A DNA stretch of 63,461 nt, counting the filler, from Craspedostauros australis (lineage: Eukaryota), in the NCBI GenBank assembly GCA_030167865.1. It is 16 parts of 16 records of this genome, joined end to end, with 100 filler letters (N's around TTAATTAATTAA, not from the genome) between each part and the next. Parts side by side here need not be neighbours in the genome. Positions count along the whole stretch, not along the records: positions 11,523 to 24,324 come from JALAGF010000092.1; positions 24,425 to 26,960 come from JALAGF010000093.1; 14 more parts are not named here. One strand, 5' to 3'. Below the pieces are notes generated by a model. It did no database searches. It worked only from the letters and a program-made list of their open reading frames with translations, and was not told the origin of the DNA. Positions 12,989-25,838 of this stretch are shown here, piece after piece; positions within the stretch are counted from its first letter, which is position 1, and each line of letters begins with the position of its first letter. The translations under genes and the position numbers were made by a program.

Positions 12989-13420
12989 TCAGGCCCGCAG
13001 CCTCTTCACGTGGAGCCGCATCTTGGTGTACTTCAATGTCATAACATAATCCAACTTGCCTTCCGTCACGACTTCGAACTCGTACGTCGACAAGATGCTC
13101 GGCAACACGGAGTAGAGTTCAGCAGTTGCGAGGGATTGGCCAGGACAGTTACAATTGCCCATAGCGAATGGAACGAACTCTGCACCATATCCTTGGTCGG
13201 ATTCTCCCATCGATCAGGTCTAAACCGTTGAGCATCTTCGAAAGCCATCTCGTATCGATTGGCCATGATCTGCGGAAGGAAGACGTTGGCGCCTTTCAGG
13301 ATCTTGACCTTGCGATTGGAGGGTTCATCAAAGAAGATGAGGTCGCGGCCGGTAAGACGAGCGGGAACAATCGCAGCAACAGGGATCAATCGTTGAGATT
13401 CGGTGATCACGAAGCATCGC
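12989..13420 (-). pseudogene. Cytochrome P450 copy B, C-terminal remnant
   Basis: ExxR (ESQR), PDRW and heme motif FAMGNCNCPG, where the Arg seen in copy C is replaced by Cys. A 1-nt frameshift lies near 13178 and no N-terminal half is present upstream. Confidence 0.85.
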
Positions 13421-13809
13421 TGGCATCAAACACGATTCGATGAAATCAATTGTGGTAAGGCTAATACTCTGGAGAGTAGAGCAGAACGACCCAATCAACA
13501 GAGATGGAGCCTGAAAAGCACAAACCAAGCAAACACAGAAACCTTGGAATAAAACCAATGCAATGGAATGGAATGCAATGCTATTGCGCGTATTGGTATG
13601 GTACCCATGCACCTATCGGGTCGTGCTCATTCATGAGAATGGTGCGACAGTCATGCTTTCATCACTGGTGTGTTACCAACATCATCGACACCGCGTGGCT
13701 GCAGACACATGTGGTCTCGAGCCCCATATCGATCACGCATGATACAAACACTAGCCCAGTTGGACATGTCTCCATGCAGCATCTTAGAGTCTTAGGGTAC
13801 GATACGCTG

Positions 13810-16654
13810 TCAATTGTGGAACTTCTTATCGATCGACGCGTAATCCTTCAGCAATTGGCATGGTTCGAATTGATGCCCGTGCTTATCGGCCAGTCGGTTC
13901 ATCTTGTCCACGAAATTGCCGACGCCTTGTTGATCAATGTAGCGGAAGGGTCCGCCTCGGAACGGCGCGAAGCCAGTTCCGAAGACCATTCCGATATCCC
14001 CGACCGTCGGGTTGGCGATGATCTCGTCCTCGAGACATTTGGCAGCCTCGTTGACGAGACGGGTGACGAGTCGATCTTGCATATCTGCCATTGACAGATC
14101 GAGCTTGGTATCCACAAACTGGTTGACGTAGGCCTTCGCTTCGTTGTTGATGGTCTTCTTCTTTCCATTGTACGTGTAGAATCCCTGCCCTGACTTCTTT
14201 CCCAACCATCCTTTCTCGATCATCTTGCTCATCAAACCGACGTCTCCGCCGTCCATCCTGGAACCCAGGTCTGCCTTGGACAGGAAGGATGCCACGTGAG
14301 ATGTGACATCGATGCCAACCTCGTCAGCTAGCGTGATTGGACCAACGGGCATACCGAACTTGACCATCGATCGGTCGAGATCCTCGAGTCCTGCGCCATC
14401 CTTGAGCAATGCCGAGACCTCCACAAGGAATGGGCCCAGGCATCTGTTGACGTAGAAGCCGGGAACATCCTTGACGAAGATGCAAGTTTTGCCCTGCTTC
14501 ATGCCAACCTGCAAGGCGGCCGCTTTGGCCGCATCCGAGGTTCCCTCGTGCGGGATGATCTCCAGCAACGGCATCTTCGGTACAGGTGAGAAGTAGTGCA
14601 TACCGATGACATTCTGCGGACGCCGGCTTCCGGCAGCAATGTCACGGATGGGGATGGCCGATGTATTGGTGGCGAACACGCAGTGGTCACCAGTGATTTC
14701 TTCCACGTTGGCAAGGAGATCTTTCTTCACTTGGAGATCTTCGAACACAGCCTCGATCACGAGATCGGTGTTCTCGAAGTGCCGGTGCCACGACGGATTC
14801 TGGTCGGAAAGGCCGACCAGATTGGATGCGTTGATGTTGCGCTCGAACATCGTCATCCTCTTCCGCTTCTTCTTCTGGTCCCAGCTCTTGTGGACGTGCG
14901 ACATCCCCCTGGCGACGGACTCGTCATTGCGATCTTTCAAAAGGACGTTGTACCCTCTCTCAGCCGACACCTGAGCAATGCCAGCTCCCATCTGCAAGTG
15001 ACATCGACGAAGCGGGTTGGAGTGGAATTGATCAGAAGGAAAAGAAGCGGAACGAAAAGAAGCAAAGTAAAAGATCAACAGAGAAGGAATGCCCGTGAGT
15101 GATAGACCATGGAAGAGGATGAACATGAGCAAAGCACGAAAGGGGAAGCGATTTCTTTGTAGGGGTCAAAGAGGCTGCAACGTGCGTACTCGTATTGCAG
15201 ACATGTGGCAAGAATATGGCTGACAGCACAGCAGTGTATCTCCACATGATAAATTCACAGCGCCATTCCAAAATCCACCATCCTCCCAATTCATTTGGAT
15301 ACACCCAATTGCATATCATACGTACCAATCCAGCTCCCATCACCGCCACCTGCTGCACCTTGATATCTCCCGTGTCGCCGAAATCGTGCTTCTTCAGTTG
15401 ATTCATGCCATCGAAGATCCCGATCAAGGATTCTGACTCGGGGGTGGCAGCCAGATTTGCGAATTGCTTCCGTTCGTTGGTGTACTTATCTTTCGGATGT
15501 TCCAGTCCGTACTTCACGCACTGGATGATGGCACCCGGAGAGGGGTAGTTGCCTTGGGTGTTCTTCTTGACCATCTTCTCCACCTGATTCCAAATCAGCT
15601 TGCGTCCCAAGCTGGTGTCCTCGAGAGCTCGGTTCATCCAGGATTTGGGCTTGCGCTTCGGCTTGAGTTTGCCCGTTGCCAAATCGAGCGCACTTTGGAT
15701 CGTGACGCTCTCCAGAGATTGGGGTGCGACGACGGCATCCACCAACCCCATCTTCTTGGCCTTTGGTGCTCGCACCTCCTTGCCTGTCAGCATCATGTCC
15801 ATGGCGTTTTGCAGACCCACGAGCGGATGCAGATTCTGCGTGCCGCCGAACCCGGGCAACAGGCCCAGCTTGACTTCCGGCAGACCAAGCTTGACCTTGT
15901 CGGAGTCCGAGCACACTCGGTAGTCGCACCAAAGCGCCCACTCCAAGCCACCGCCGAGGGCGGGTCCGTCGATGCCGCATACCAGCGGCACCCCCTTGGA
16001 TTTCATGCGTTGGAAGAATGTCAGGCTGTCTTCGATGATCGTGACCAGGTCCTGCTTGTCCTCGACGGCTTGGAGATCGAAGATGTCGGCCCCGGCAATG
16101 AACATGTTGGGCTTGGCCGAAAGGAAGACGACGGCCTTGATGTCTTCGTTGGAGTGGATTTCTGCCTCCCACATCACCTTCGCCTCATCCGCCATGGCGA
16201 AGCTGATGGTGTTCACGCTCTTACCGGAGCAGTCGATGCGAACCACCGCCACGCCATCGGGGGTGATCTCGACGTTCTGGAAGAATTCATACTTCCGATC
16301 AGGCGTGGATTTGAAGCTGGGCGTCGCGTCTGCCGTGCTCGCCGTCTTCGCACTTGTATCTTCTTCGATAGCAGCAGTCGCAGCGGTGGAATGCATTCGC
16401 GACGAGTGGTCATGTGAGATTTGCTGTTGACGGGTCGCATAGTTGCTCAAAGAAGTTTCAAAGCAGGGGACCATGCCTTTCGCGCGATGGTTGCCGGTGA
16501 GTAACGGGGCATTTTGGAGCCCGAGCATGTTGCTCTGGCCGATGTGACCGACGCTGCCAAACGAACAACGGAGGTTCTGAGCATGGCGTGATCTCTGCAG
16601 GGTGAGAGCCGCCCTGGAGGGGAGTCGTTGGCCCGTCTTCAAAACTCGCTGCAT
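13810..16654 (-). CDS. HADHA: Mitochondrial trifunctional enzyme alpha subunit (enoyl-CoA hydratase / 3-hydroxyacyl-CoA dehydrogenase); exons 16654-15326 and 14991-13810
   Basis: Crotonase motifs FIAGADI, GPALGGGLE and LGLPEVKLGLLPGFGGTQ. A GT-AG intron at 15325-14992 restores the Rossmann motif VMGAGL|MGAGIA. HAD motifs VIEAVFED, FATNTS, GMHYFSPV and DVPGFYVNR. The N-terminus is Arg-rich and transit-peptide-like. Confidence 0.95.
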
Positions 16655-17580
16655 GGTCTTTTCGAATGTATTGGAACTGCCAAAATGGTATGTACGGTAT
16701 GGTGCCGGTGTTGTTGTGAGTATTCCAACGAACTGTCCGCAGATAGACCAGTCGCGCTGTTTACGATTTTGGTTTCGTTGTGATTGCTGTTGTTATCGTT
16801 TCCGCCGAAGACGATGGTGTTGTCAACACTGGTGCCGCTACGTGGATTAGTCGTACTCGTCGTATGGCGCCTGTTTTCTTGGCGATCGAACGTCAACTGC
16901 GCACGAGTGTGTGATGGGTGTGGTGATGCGCAATCGCAGAAGATCTGCTCCTCTGATTTTGTGGTGGTGTCGGAACTCGTGAGCAGTTTATTGTGATGAC
17001 AACAATGGAGACGGAGACGACGGCGAGGACGTCGGGTGGGCGAAGAAGAAGAAAGACACGCCATGGGAGAGGGCGTCACATGACGGATGTGCTCCATCCA
17101 CCCATCAACTCCTTCTCCCTCGTGCTTTTGTGAAGTTTCGGAGAAGCGGGATCATGACCGATGACGATGGTACCTGATGCGTTGACACCAACGTTCTCAT
17201 GACGCTCCGTTTTCAATCGTGCATACATTGGACGTTGATTGATGTTGTCATGACGCGATTGTTCTCTTTCTCAGTCGTGAATGATATAGTCGTGTCATAA
17301 AGGCTACGCAAAATAGGGTAGAGCAAAACTCATGATCGATTTTGACGATTTATGGGCAGAACCTTGGCCAAGAGCATTCTGGTGCGGAGTATGCGTACGG
17401 CAATTCTAAGATGACATTGGTACTATTACGTCCTTGGGGGAGGTGCGGACATGATAGTGAGATGGTTTCCACCAGGTTAAAGCAAGTGCTAATCACGTCG
17501 ATGCGCCTTTCCACGTGACTTCGAATTGAGGATCTCGCGCCGAAAAGAAAATTCATGCATTCCCCAAGCCATGGGATATT

Positions 17581-20169
17581 CTACTCGACAATGTCATGAT
17601 CTTCACCATCGTCAGAGCCAGATTCCGATGGGATAATGGGTGTACCCAACGCCGTGTCGATCAGCTTGTTGGAGAGGATATTGTTGGGATCGAGCTTTCC
17701 CCTTGCCTTGTTGAAATCTTCCAACGGATACCTGTTCTGCATGAGCAGCAGCAAGTCCACAGCGTGCCAGATGGAGCGCGGCTGTTCCAATTTCGCCCAG
17801 TGGCTCACGGATAGGAATGGTTTGCCAATAATGCGCACCAAATCGCTGTACTTCTCGGTGAAGACTTTCGTGATGTCTTTTCGCTGCGCCTCATCTTCGC
17901 TGGGGAGGTAATTGATGATGCCGACCCATGTGTGCATGCCTGAAGGCTCGCCGTGCGCTGGCGACATGGGCGACGATGAGGATGCCGACCATCGCTGCTC
18001 GATGGGAGAATGCGCTGGAATTCTCTGCCGTTCGATACCCGCCAGGAGACGATCCATGAAGTCCATGTCATTGCCGTTGTTCTTTTCCTGCGTTCCTGTT
18101 GCGAAGCAAACTTCGAACACCCATTGCTGTACGCATAAGATGTGTTTGCATCCACACAACAATGCGATGGTTGCATGATACCAAGTTATTGCGTTGGATT
18201 TGGGGCACAGCATGCATGTGATTGCGAGAATGCATCTCAGCAGACAGGTGAGGGTGAGCTGCACAGCAGAGTGTAGTACTGTTGATTCTACAAGATTGCA
18301 ACGCTGATCGGAGTTTTGGAGACAGTTCGTGGGCACAGCAATATCCGCAACAGATCGGGATGCAGCGAAACACCATTTGGCGTTCTTCTGTCCAGACGCA
18401 ACATATAGAATTCGGCGGTGCTGTGGTGACGACACACGAGTGCGTGGGGCATGGTGGTTACGCTGTCTTACCTGACCTCCACAATCAAACTGAAGTAACT
18501 TATCGCTTGGCTGTGTCTGGTATCCGGAACTTCGGCGCCAAAACTCGGCCTCTGCCTCGTTGCAGAGCTTCACATGGTCGATGTCGAGAGGTGCGAAGGC
18601 GAGCAGTGCATCTGCGCTTGGTGAATGGAGAGAAAGACAAGAACAACGTTGGCGAATTGATTAGGCGCGACAACAGCACCGAAGAGATGTCTTTCGCTGA
18701 ACCTCGACAGTGTCATGGAAAAACGAGTTTTTTTTGCCACCACAACACGACAGGCCAAAGCGCCCCAGGAACCAAAAGCAACACCAGCAACAACCAATAG
18801 ACTCAGTTGCCATATTCTGCCGGTGCACTGTAATGTGATGCAATGCGGTTGCCCGGTACCGGAGAGCATGTCATGGCATGCGTTGCATTGTGTATCCGTC
18901 GCATCCACCCAACATCGACTCACCGCGCAGCTCCCCAAATCCCATCCCCTTGATGGATTCATCATCAATTTCCTGCTTGTTGTTCGTGTGCAGCCTCTTC
19001 AGCAACGTCACCAGTGGCTCAGACGCTTCTTCGTAGCTCATCGCGTGCTGTTGCCGTGGTACATCCGACGGCACGGTGTCTTCCGGATCATTCGTCACAA
19101 CAACCACAGAGTCAGTGTACGGAATCCACATGTACCTCATGTGCTTGTGGTTCTTCAGCAAATCATCTAGCTGATCTCGAGCCTCCTGACGAGTGAGCAC
19201 GAACGTGTGCTCCACCAACCGATGGGCCGGGATGCACTTCATCGTGACTTCGACCACTACGCCCAAGCACCCCATGGCGACTCTGGCAAGTTCGAACAGT
19301 GTGCCATCCTCCTCCTTCGTGAGTTCGATGGTGCCGAGACCTGGAGTGACCAATTTGATCTTCGTCACGTACTCATCCACTGGTGCCACGCATCGGCCTG
19401 TTCCATGCGCGCCGACCTGAACGAATCCTCCCATCTGCTGCTCGGCGATGCTTGCGAGGTTCGGCAAGGTCAATCCATACGGGCGCAATGCTTCAATGAC
19501 GTCGTTGACGGTCATGCCAGCCTGGACCGTGATGGTCCTGTCGGTCTCGTTGATTTCCACAACTTGGTCGAGCCCCACCATCGCGATCATGCCCGGTGAA
19601 TTGAGCGCGATGCCGTTCGGGGACAACGAAGACCCGATGGGACGCAGCGGGATCGACTGCTCGTGACATTTCTTGACGATTTCCTCCACCTCCGCGATGG
19701 ATTCTGGTTCCCAATAGTTGGTGTTCAGCACTTCCACGGAGTGAGTGCCACTCCAGTTGATGACGGTTGTCGTTTCGTCTGCGTCACCGTCACCGTCTAC
19801 GTCGATGTTTGCATGACTGTCGCCACCCTGTTTTCCGTGATCGTTGTTGACACTTGCATCAAACTGGTCCTGCTGGGGCAGCATGGAGACTGAGCCAGGG
19901 ATCATTTGAGCTTCCATGCCGGTCGGGTTGGATTGGCTATCAACAAGCGACAGAAGACCACCTGTCATCATCACCAGACCCCCCATCAAGGCTGCCTGTG
20001 TTTGATCCTTCTGCTTCCTTGGCACATTCAGAATTTCCCGACTTGTCTTCGATCGTGGATGACCTACGTGCCGAGCTGCGTTGCCGAGTGATCGCCGCAT
20101 GGTCGACCTGCTCTTCAGCAGCCTCAGCGCAGCGCCCTTCGAGCATCCAAAAGCGTGAGAACTCAACAT
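17581..20169 (-). CDS. GLDH: L-galactono-1,4-lactone dehydrogenase (mitochondrial, terminal step of ascorbate synthesis); exons 20169-18924, 18611-18472 and 18126-17581
   Basis: FAD-binding region NWSGTH...GSSLSPNG...NLASIAEQQMGGFVQVGAHGTG, then HMRYMWIPYTD, FDCGGQ|QWV, PIEQRW and HWAKLE. GT-AG introns 18923-18612 and 18471-18127 join the motifs in frame (GFGELR|DALLAF). Confidence 0.92.
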
Positions 20170-21074
20170 TGCTGTGGATCGAGGAGTGTTGTTTTATATG
20201 CTCCTTCCACTTCTGTTGTATTCCCTCGCGATTTGGCGAGAGTTGGATCGCAACAGAGCAGAAGTTTGAAGCGCCGTACAAGCTATGATACCTTGTCAAA
20301 GATCTTGTCTCCTCTGTTTGGGTGAACGATTTCGGACGATCCACCTCTCTGCGAAGGAAGGCCTCCTGTCGCGTTTTTGTGGCTGGCGTTGCTTGGGTGG
20401 TCACGTGATGCAAGACCCATGGTGTGCCTGTGCTTCTTCGTCGTTTTCTTTGGCGGTGATGTGACTCGTGATCAAAACATATCCAGGACTGGATTATCGT
20501 GTCAACGACACCAACCACAAGGGCGAAAACCGATGACGCTGAAAAAAGCGAATGACAGAATCGCCTCGCCTGTTGGTTCTCCTTGTGACCCAAGTCCACC
20601 CACGGAAACAATGACAGAGGATCCAAGACCTGCCAAACAGCCGTTGGATGTGCTCGACGGGGTTGCCTCCCTTGTTGTTCCCACCTCGCGAGCACACCAA
20701 TCCATCATTGTGGTGCCATTGCCGATCTTCATTCTTCTGAGCGAGCACTTTTGCCTCACTTGGTGATGGGAGATCTGAGCTGCTGTGGCAGTTCCAGAAC
20801 CATCAAAGTACGAGCAGGAGGGACAGAGGGGCAGACAGAGACAGAGACAGAGAGAGAAAAAGCAGGGGTGATGGTTGAGACCAAGCGTCCATCGTTCATC
20901 GCTCGGGCTGTCGGGATCTCCGCACTATGATCGCTGGCGAGGGTTGCTTCCCTCACTCGCTCATTCACCCAGCCCGCAATGCCCCACACATTCTCCACAC
21001 CCGTTCCATAAAACGATCAACAACAGCACAGCAACAACACAACTTTCACCCTCGCGACCACAACTTCAACGACC

Positions 21075-22538
21075 ATGGCGGACTTTGACTTCGCAACAGT
21101 ATTGGGAGCCACTGTCGTATAATCGTCACGATCCTCCTCGCGCTGGCACTTGTCTTGCGATGAGTCGCAGTCGCCTCGTGCAGATCGCCTGCCAAAAATG
21201 CCCCCATGAATGTTTCTGCGAGAATCGCAGAGACCGTCAAGATGCTGACGCCACCCGAAGCACCATGGTGGGAGCTCCAACTTCCAGAATCCCTGGGATC
21301 GTCCATCTACCAACACAACGTCCCGTCTCCTGCAGGTATCTATGATATGTCCTCTGCAATGCAAAGGATCAGCGCGAGGTGCTTCTCGACAAGACATCGG
21401 ATGAGCCGAAGACATGTTCAAGTCTGGACAATATTGTTGGATATCGGCGTATGTTCACATGTTCAACAAGGTGACCCGCTCTTGAAGCAAATGAGGAAGT
21501 CTGTGGCGCACTGCTTCTTCTCTTCAGAAGTCAACCGGATGAATACCGTCTGCACGAAGCACGTCGAGGAGTGGGAAGCAACCTTCCTCGAGAACCTGGT
21601 GGACACCGACGCGGCATTTGATCCATCCATCGAGCTTCCGAAGGTGGTATTCAAGTCGATCGTGGAGGCCGCCTTCGAATATGAAGCGAAGCCTGATAAA
21701 TTCAACACATTCACCTCCAACTTCGAGGTAGCTGTGCGAGAATTCACTTCCCGCCAACCCCTCAATCCTTTGCGGAAAGCACACGGATTCATGATCCTGG
21801 AAGTGTTAGAGACACGCAAATGCTGCTTCACTTTGCAGAACTTTGCAAAGAAGATCTTCAAGGCGTCTCGCGAGAATCCCAACAAATCAGAATGCACTAC
21901 GTTGATCAAGGCGACCGAGTCCAATCCGTATGGTATGTAAGAAAAGCAAAAAGGTTGCGGAATTCCTGGCATTGATTGTTGGCGGTTCGACACAACAGGA
22001 TACACGCTTGCCAACACTCTTGTCCTGCTATCCCAATACCCGAACGAGATGAAGCGCCTGCATTAGTCGTTGTTGCGGGATGATCCGGCACGATTACATG
22101 CTCATGTCAAGCGCGTGATCACGGAATCCCAATGATTGATCCCTGTTGCTGCGAAGGGTCCCGCTCGTCTTACCGGCCGCGACTTTATCTTCTTTGATGA
22201 ACCCTCCAATCGCAAGGTCAAGATCCTGAAAGGCGCCAAAGTCTTCGTTCCGTAGATCACGGTCAATCGAAACGAGATGGCTTTCGAAGGTGCTTAACGG
22301 TTTCGACCTGGTCGATGGGAGAATCCGACCAAGGAATTGGTGGTCAAGTTTTATTCCATTCGCCATGGGCAATCGCAAATGTCCTGGTCAATCGCTCGCA
22401 ACTGCTGAACTCTACCCGGTGTCGCCGAGCATCTTGTTGACGTACAAGTTCGAAGCCGTGACGGAATGTAAGTTGGATTATGTTATGACATTGAAGTACA
22501 CCAAGACGAAACTCCGCGTGAAGAGGCTGCAGGTCTGA
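21075..22538 (+). pseudogene. Cytochrome P450 copy C, full-length but disrupted
   Basis: Colinear with copy D (FDPSIELPKVVFKSIVEAAFEYEA) and copy B (FAMGNRKCPGQSLATAEL). It has several frameshifts and nonsense changes relative to the paralogs (CAG>TAG twice, CAA>TAA, CGA>TGA). Confidence 0.9.
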
Positions 22539-23311
22539 GCAACTATCAAGGTACAAAATCAAAGCTACCGCCATATAGTAAAATCAAGCACTCCGGCCCA
22601 GTCTCTCTCTCTCGCTCCTTAGACTCAATATTCAGGTTTGCAAAGAAGTGTGTTCCTCACTTCAACATGCAATTGGTTGTAGTCTGTCCTGGTCGTCATG
22701 ACATCAATTCCAGGAACGACATCGAAGCCAGTTCTCTTCTTGTGACTTGGGTGTCACGAAAAACGTCAAACCTGCGAGGACATCGCCAAGACAACGTTTT
22801 ATGCTCTGCTGGAAGTTGTGACTCCTTCGCCTTCTGGTAGGATTCTGTTCCTGATGCATTTTGACACGCACTGTTGTTGGCGAAGGAAGGTTCGGAGTCA
22901 ACACAACAATCTGGGCGGCCATCCCGTTGACCAACAGACTGTACTAGTGCTACGAGCTACCTACGCGTACGTGACCACAATGCTTGTTCTCTCTTGGCAC
23001 CTCCGCCTCCTGTGACGGAAGATCGGGCCTGTTGGGCAGGTTCAATGTCGATCAGGAGGATTCGGCTTGTCACGGTTGGTAGCGAATGGAGAACAGCGGA
23101 AAGGACGACGATGCGCAAGAACAGCTGGCCACCTTCCAGTTCTGGGACACTTCTGATCTGTTCCAAGAATTGTTTCTCTTTCTGTGATTCCGACCTGCCC
23201 AACTGCAACTGTATGGAGAACTCTCCACTCCTGTGGCAAAAAATGAGCAAAACGAGGAAGAATCCCATCATCATCATTATTATCACAGTTGCGATCACAA
23301 CGATACTGATC

Positions 23312-24324
23312 ATGACGGTGGCGACAATGACGGACTTCGACTACGCAGCAGCGCTCAGCGACAACATCGCAACGTTGATTCTCCTCCTGCTGGCACTTGT
23401 CGCGGGGTGGGTCGTCTTCACCTTGAACAAACCGCCCGCCAAAGATGCCCCCGTCAAGGTGCCTGTTGAGATCATCGAGTCCATCAACAGGCTGGTATCA
23501 TCCGAAGTGCCATGGTGGCACCTTCAGCTTCGGGAATCGTTGGGGTCTTCGATCTTTCAACACAACATTCCAGCCCCCGGTGGCATGTACGTCATCTGCA
23601 GTGCGAAGGACCAACGCGAGGTGCTGCTCGACACGACCTCGGACAAGCCAATGGAAATGTACTCCAGCTTCGAAAGTATCGTGGGACACAAACACATATT
23701 CACGCGCTCAACAACTGACCCACTTTTGAAAGAGGCGAAGAAATCCATCGTGCATGCATTTTCCTCTTCGGAAATCAAGCGAATGAATGCCATCTGCACC
23801 AAGTGCATCAAGGAATGGGAGGCAGACTTCCTTGAGAAGATCGCGGATACCAACGCCACATTCGATCCATCCATCGAATTGCCGAAGGTGGTATTCAAGT
23901 CCATCGTCGAGGCAGCCTTCGAATACGAAGCCACCCCAGAAGACTTCGAGCTCTTCACATCCAACTTCGACATAGCTGTCCGCGAGATCGCCTTCCGTCA
24001 AGCCGTCAATCCCTTGAGAAAGTTATTCAGCTTCATGATCCCAAAAGTGTGGGAGGCACGCAAATGCTGCTCCGTGATGCAGAACTTTGCGAAGAAGGTA
24101 TTGGAGGCCTATCGCAACAACCCCAACAAGTCGGAGTGCAATACCTTGATCAAGATCGTCGAAACCAAGCTGAACCACTTCTCTGAACAACACAAGACCG
24201 CAGAACTGCTTTCGTTGATCGTCGCCGGTTTCGATTCGACAGGATACACGCTTGCCAACACCCTCGTCCTCCTGGCCAAGCATCCTGAGGAGATGAAACG
24301 CCTGCAGCAGTCGTTGTTGCAGGA
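23312..24324 (+). CDS. Cytochrome P450 copy D, intact up to the contig edge (3' partial)
   Basis: Open frame with an N-terminal hydrophobic anchor (IATLILLLLALVAGWVVF), a Pro-rich hinge and I-helix LIVAGFDSTG...LLAKHPEEMKRLQ. Likely start is 23312 or 23327. Confidence 0.88.
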
Positions 24325-24424
24325 NNNNNNNNNNNNNNNNNNNNNNNNNNNNNNNNNNNNNNNNNNNNTTAATTAATTAANNNNNNNNNNNNNNNNNNNN
24401 NNNNNNNNNNNNNNNNNNNNNNNN

Positions 24425-25588
24425 GATTCACCTCTGCTCCTGCCAGCGAATACTGGCACTGTTTCCTTCCGCATCGACATGGCCAATCAATTTCAAACCT
24501 CAGGCTGGGGCTCCGCACGCATCGCACCATCCGATACTTTCTCATGTCCATCTTGCCCATTTGATGTGTATGCTGGACAAGGCAGCTTTGAAATTGGAGA
24601 CAGTGCGCCCAGCTTCTACCCCGGTATCTTCCCCTACTTCGTTGGTTCGCTCGAGTTCTGCAATGACCTGGATACCGAGATGCCGACTGGATCGGCGTCT
24701 CCTTCAATGACAGCATCACCATCGACCCAACCATCTATCGTTCCCTCACAGGCACCGACTGCTTCATGTCGCAGCGGAGAGACGGCAGGTCTCCCACGTG
24801 ATTTCTATGAAGATGAGGTTGCATCTGTGCGATACAATATCGAGATATTGAGCGGCATCGACATCACGGGCATGAGGCTCGTGTTGCCATCGACTGGGAG
24901 CCAACCATACACCATCTTCTACCGCCCAAGCACGTGGGACGCACCTGGTGACTGGACAGAAATCGCGTCCGGAACAATCGAGGCGAGGGGGAGCGAAGAG
25001 TTCACAGATGTGATCACATTTGATCCACCACTGTCTGTTTCGGAGGCCGACGGCGTGGTCGCCATCCGTGTGGATACGCAAACAGAAACATTGCTGTTTG
25101 CCACGGAGGACTACGAGCCCACACCACCAGACTGGTTCGAATGTGAGGAATGCCCGTTCATCATGTTCCCAGGGTTGTCAAGCGAAGAGGTTGGAGAGTA
25201 TCCGGATGCCGCTTGCGAAGGTTACTACGACTTCTTCATGGGATCGTTGGAGTTCTGCAAAACCGACTCTCTGACAGTGTTGGCTACGAATACACCATCG
25301 GACATGGCATCCGCTTCGCCATCGCTCCCGCCCTCCTCCGCACCGTCGCCTTCGACGTCATCCAGACCATCGTTCATGCCCTCTCCCACACCATCATCCG
25401 CACCGTCGCCTTCGACGTCATCCAGACCATCGCTCATGCCCTCGCCCACACCATCATCCGCACCATCGCTCCCGCCCTCGTCCGTACCATCTGCTCAACC
25501 AACCCTGGCCTGGAGCACGAAGGGAGCGAAGGGGTCAAAATCATCGAAAGAAAGCAAAACGAGCAAGTCTTCCAAATCATCCAAGTGA
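24425..25588 (+). CDS. Putative secreted/cell-wall protein (5' partial) with a repeated Cys-containing domain, Pro/Ser/Thr linkers and a Lys/Ser-rich tail
   Basis: The frame is open from the contig edge. A module ending CxxCPF...GSLEFC occurs twice, with PSxxPS linkers, and the C-terminus is TKGAKGSKSSKESKTSKSSKSSK. Confidence 0.75.
   Translation, partial: DSPLLLPANTGTVSFRIDMANQFQTSGWGSARIAPSDTFSCPSCPFDVYAGQGSFEIGDSAPSFYPGIFPYFVGSLEFCNDLDTEMPTGSASPSMTASPSTQPSIVPSQAPTASCRSGETAGLPRDFYEDEVASVRYNIEILSGIDITGMRLVLPSTGSQPYTIFYRPSTWDAPGDWTEIASGTIEARGSEEFTDVITFDPPLSVSEADGVVAIRVDTQTETLLFATEDYEPTPPDWFECEECPFIMFPGLSSEEVGEYPDAACEGYYDFFMGSLEFCKTDSLTVLATNTPSDMASASPSLPPSSAPSPSTSSRPSFMPSPTPSSAPSPSTSSRPSLMPSPTPSSAPSLPPSSVPSAQPTLAWSTKGAKGSKSSKESKTSKSSKSSK
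25330..25485 (+). repeat. 60-bp coding tandem repeat (SAPSPSTSSRPS[F/L]MPSPTPS)
   Basis: Two near-identical units at a 60-nt offset plus partial flanking units. Confidence 0.85.
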
Positions 25589-25838
25589 TCAAGGAGCACT
25601 AATGGAGAGGACACCAAGATTGCCAGCAAGGCGCGAACGAACGCAAGAAGTGCTCCAAGTGAGGGTCCAAGCGAGGATCGAAGCAGTACGAGTATCAGAC
25701 AGCATCTTAGGCTGCACACCCTTACAGTAATTGATAAGTGCAAGACAGAGCTGAGTTTCACGTAGAGCAAGTATGGGTGGGGTAGAAGTTTTGGATTGAT
25801 CAATCCCAAATGTAGCAAGCAGAGCTCTACGATGGTGC

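Noticed and set aside
15464..16417. Long antisense ORFs (also 25983-27008, 49417-50355, 51121-52200, 44624-45415)
   Set aside because: Shadows of real genes on the opposite strand, caused by codon bias and low TA content.
22994..23311. N-terminal extension of P450 copy D from a TTG start (likewise 44285-44617 for the kinase)
   Set aside because: Non-ATG starts. Paralog homology and the membrane anchor begin at the downstream ATG.
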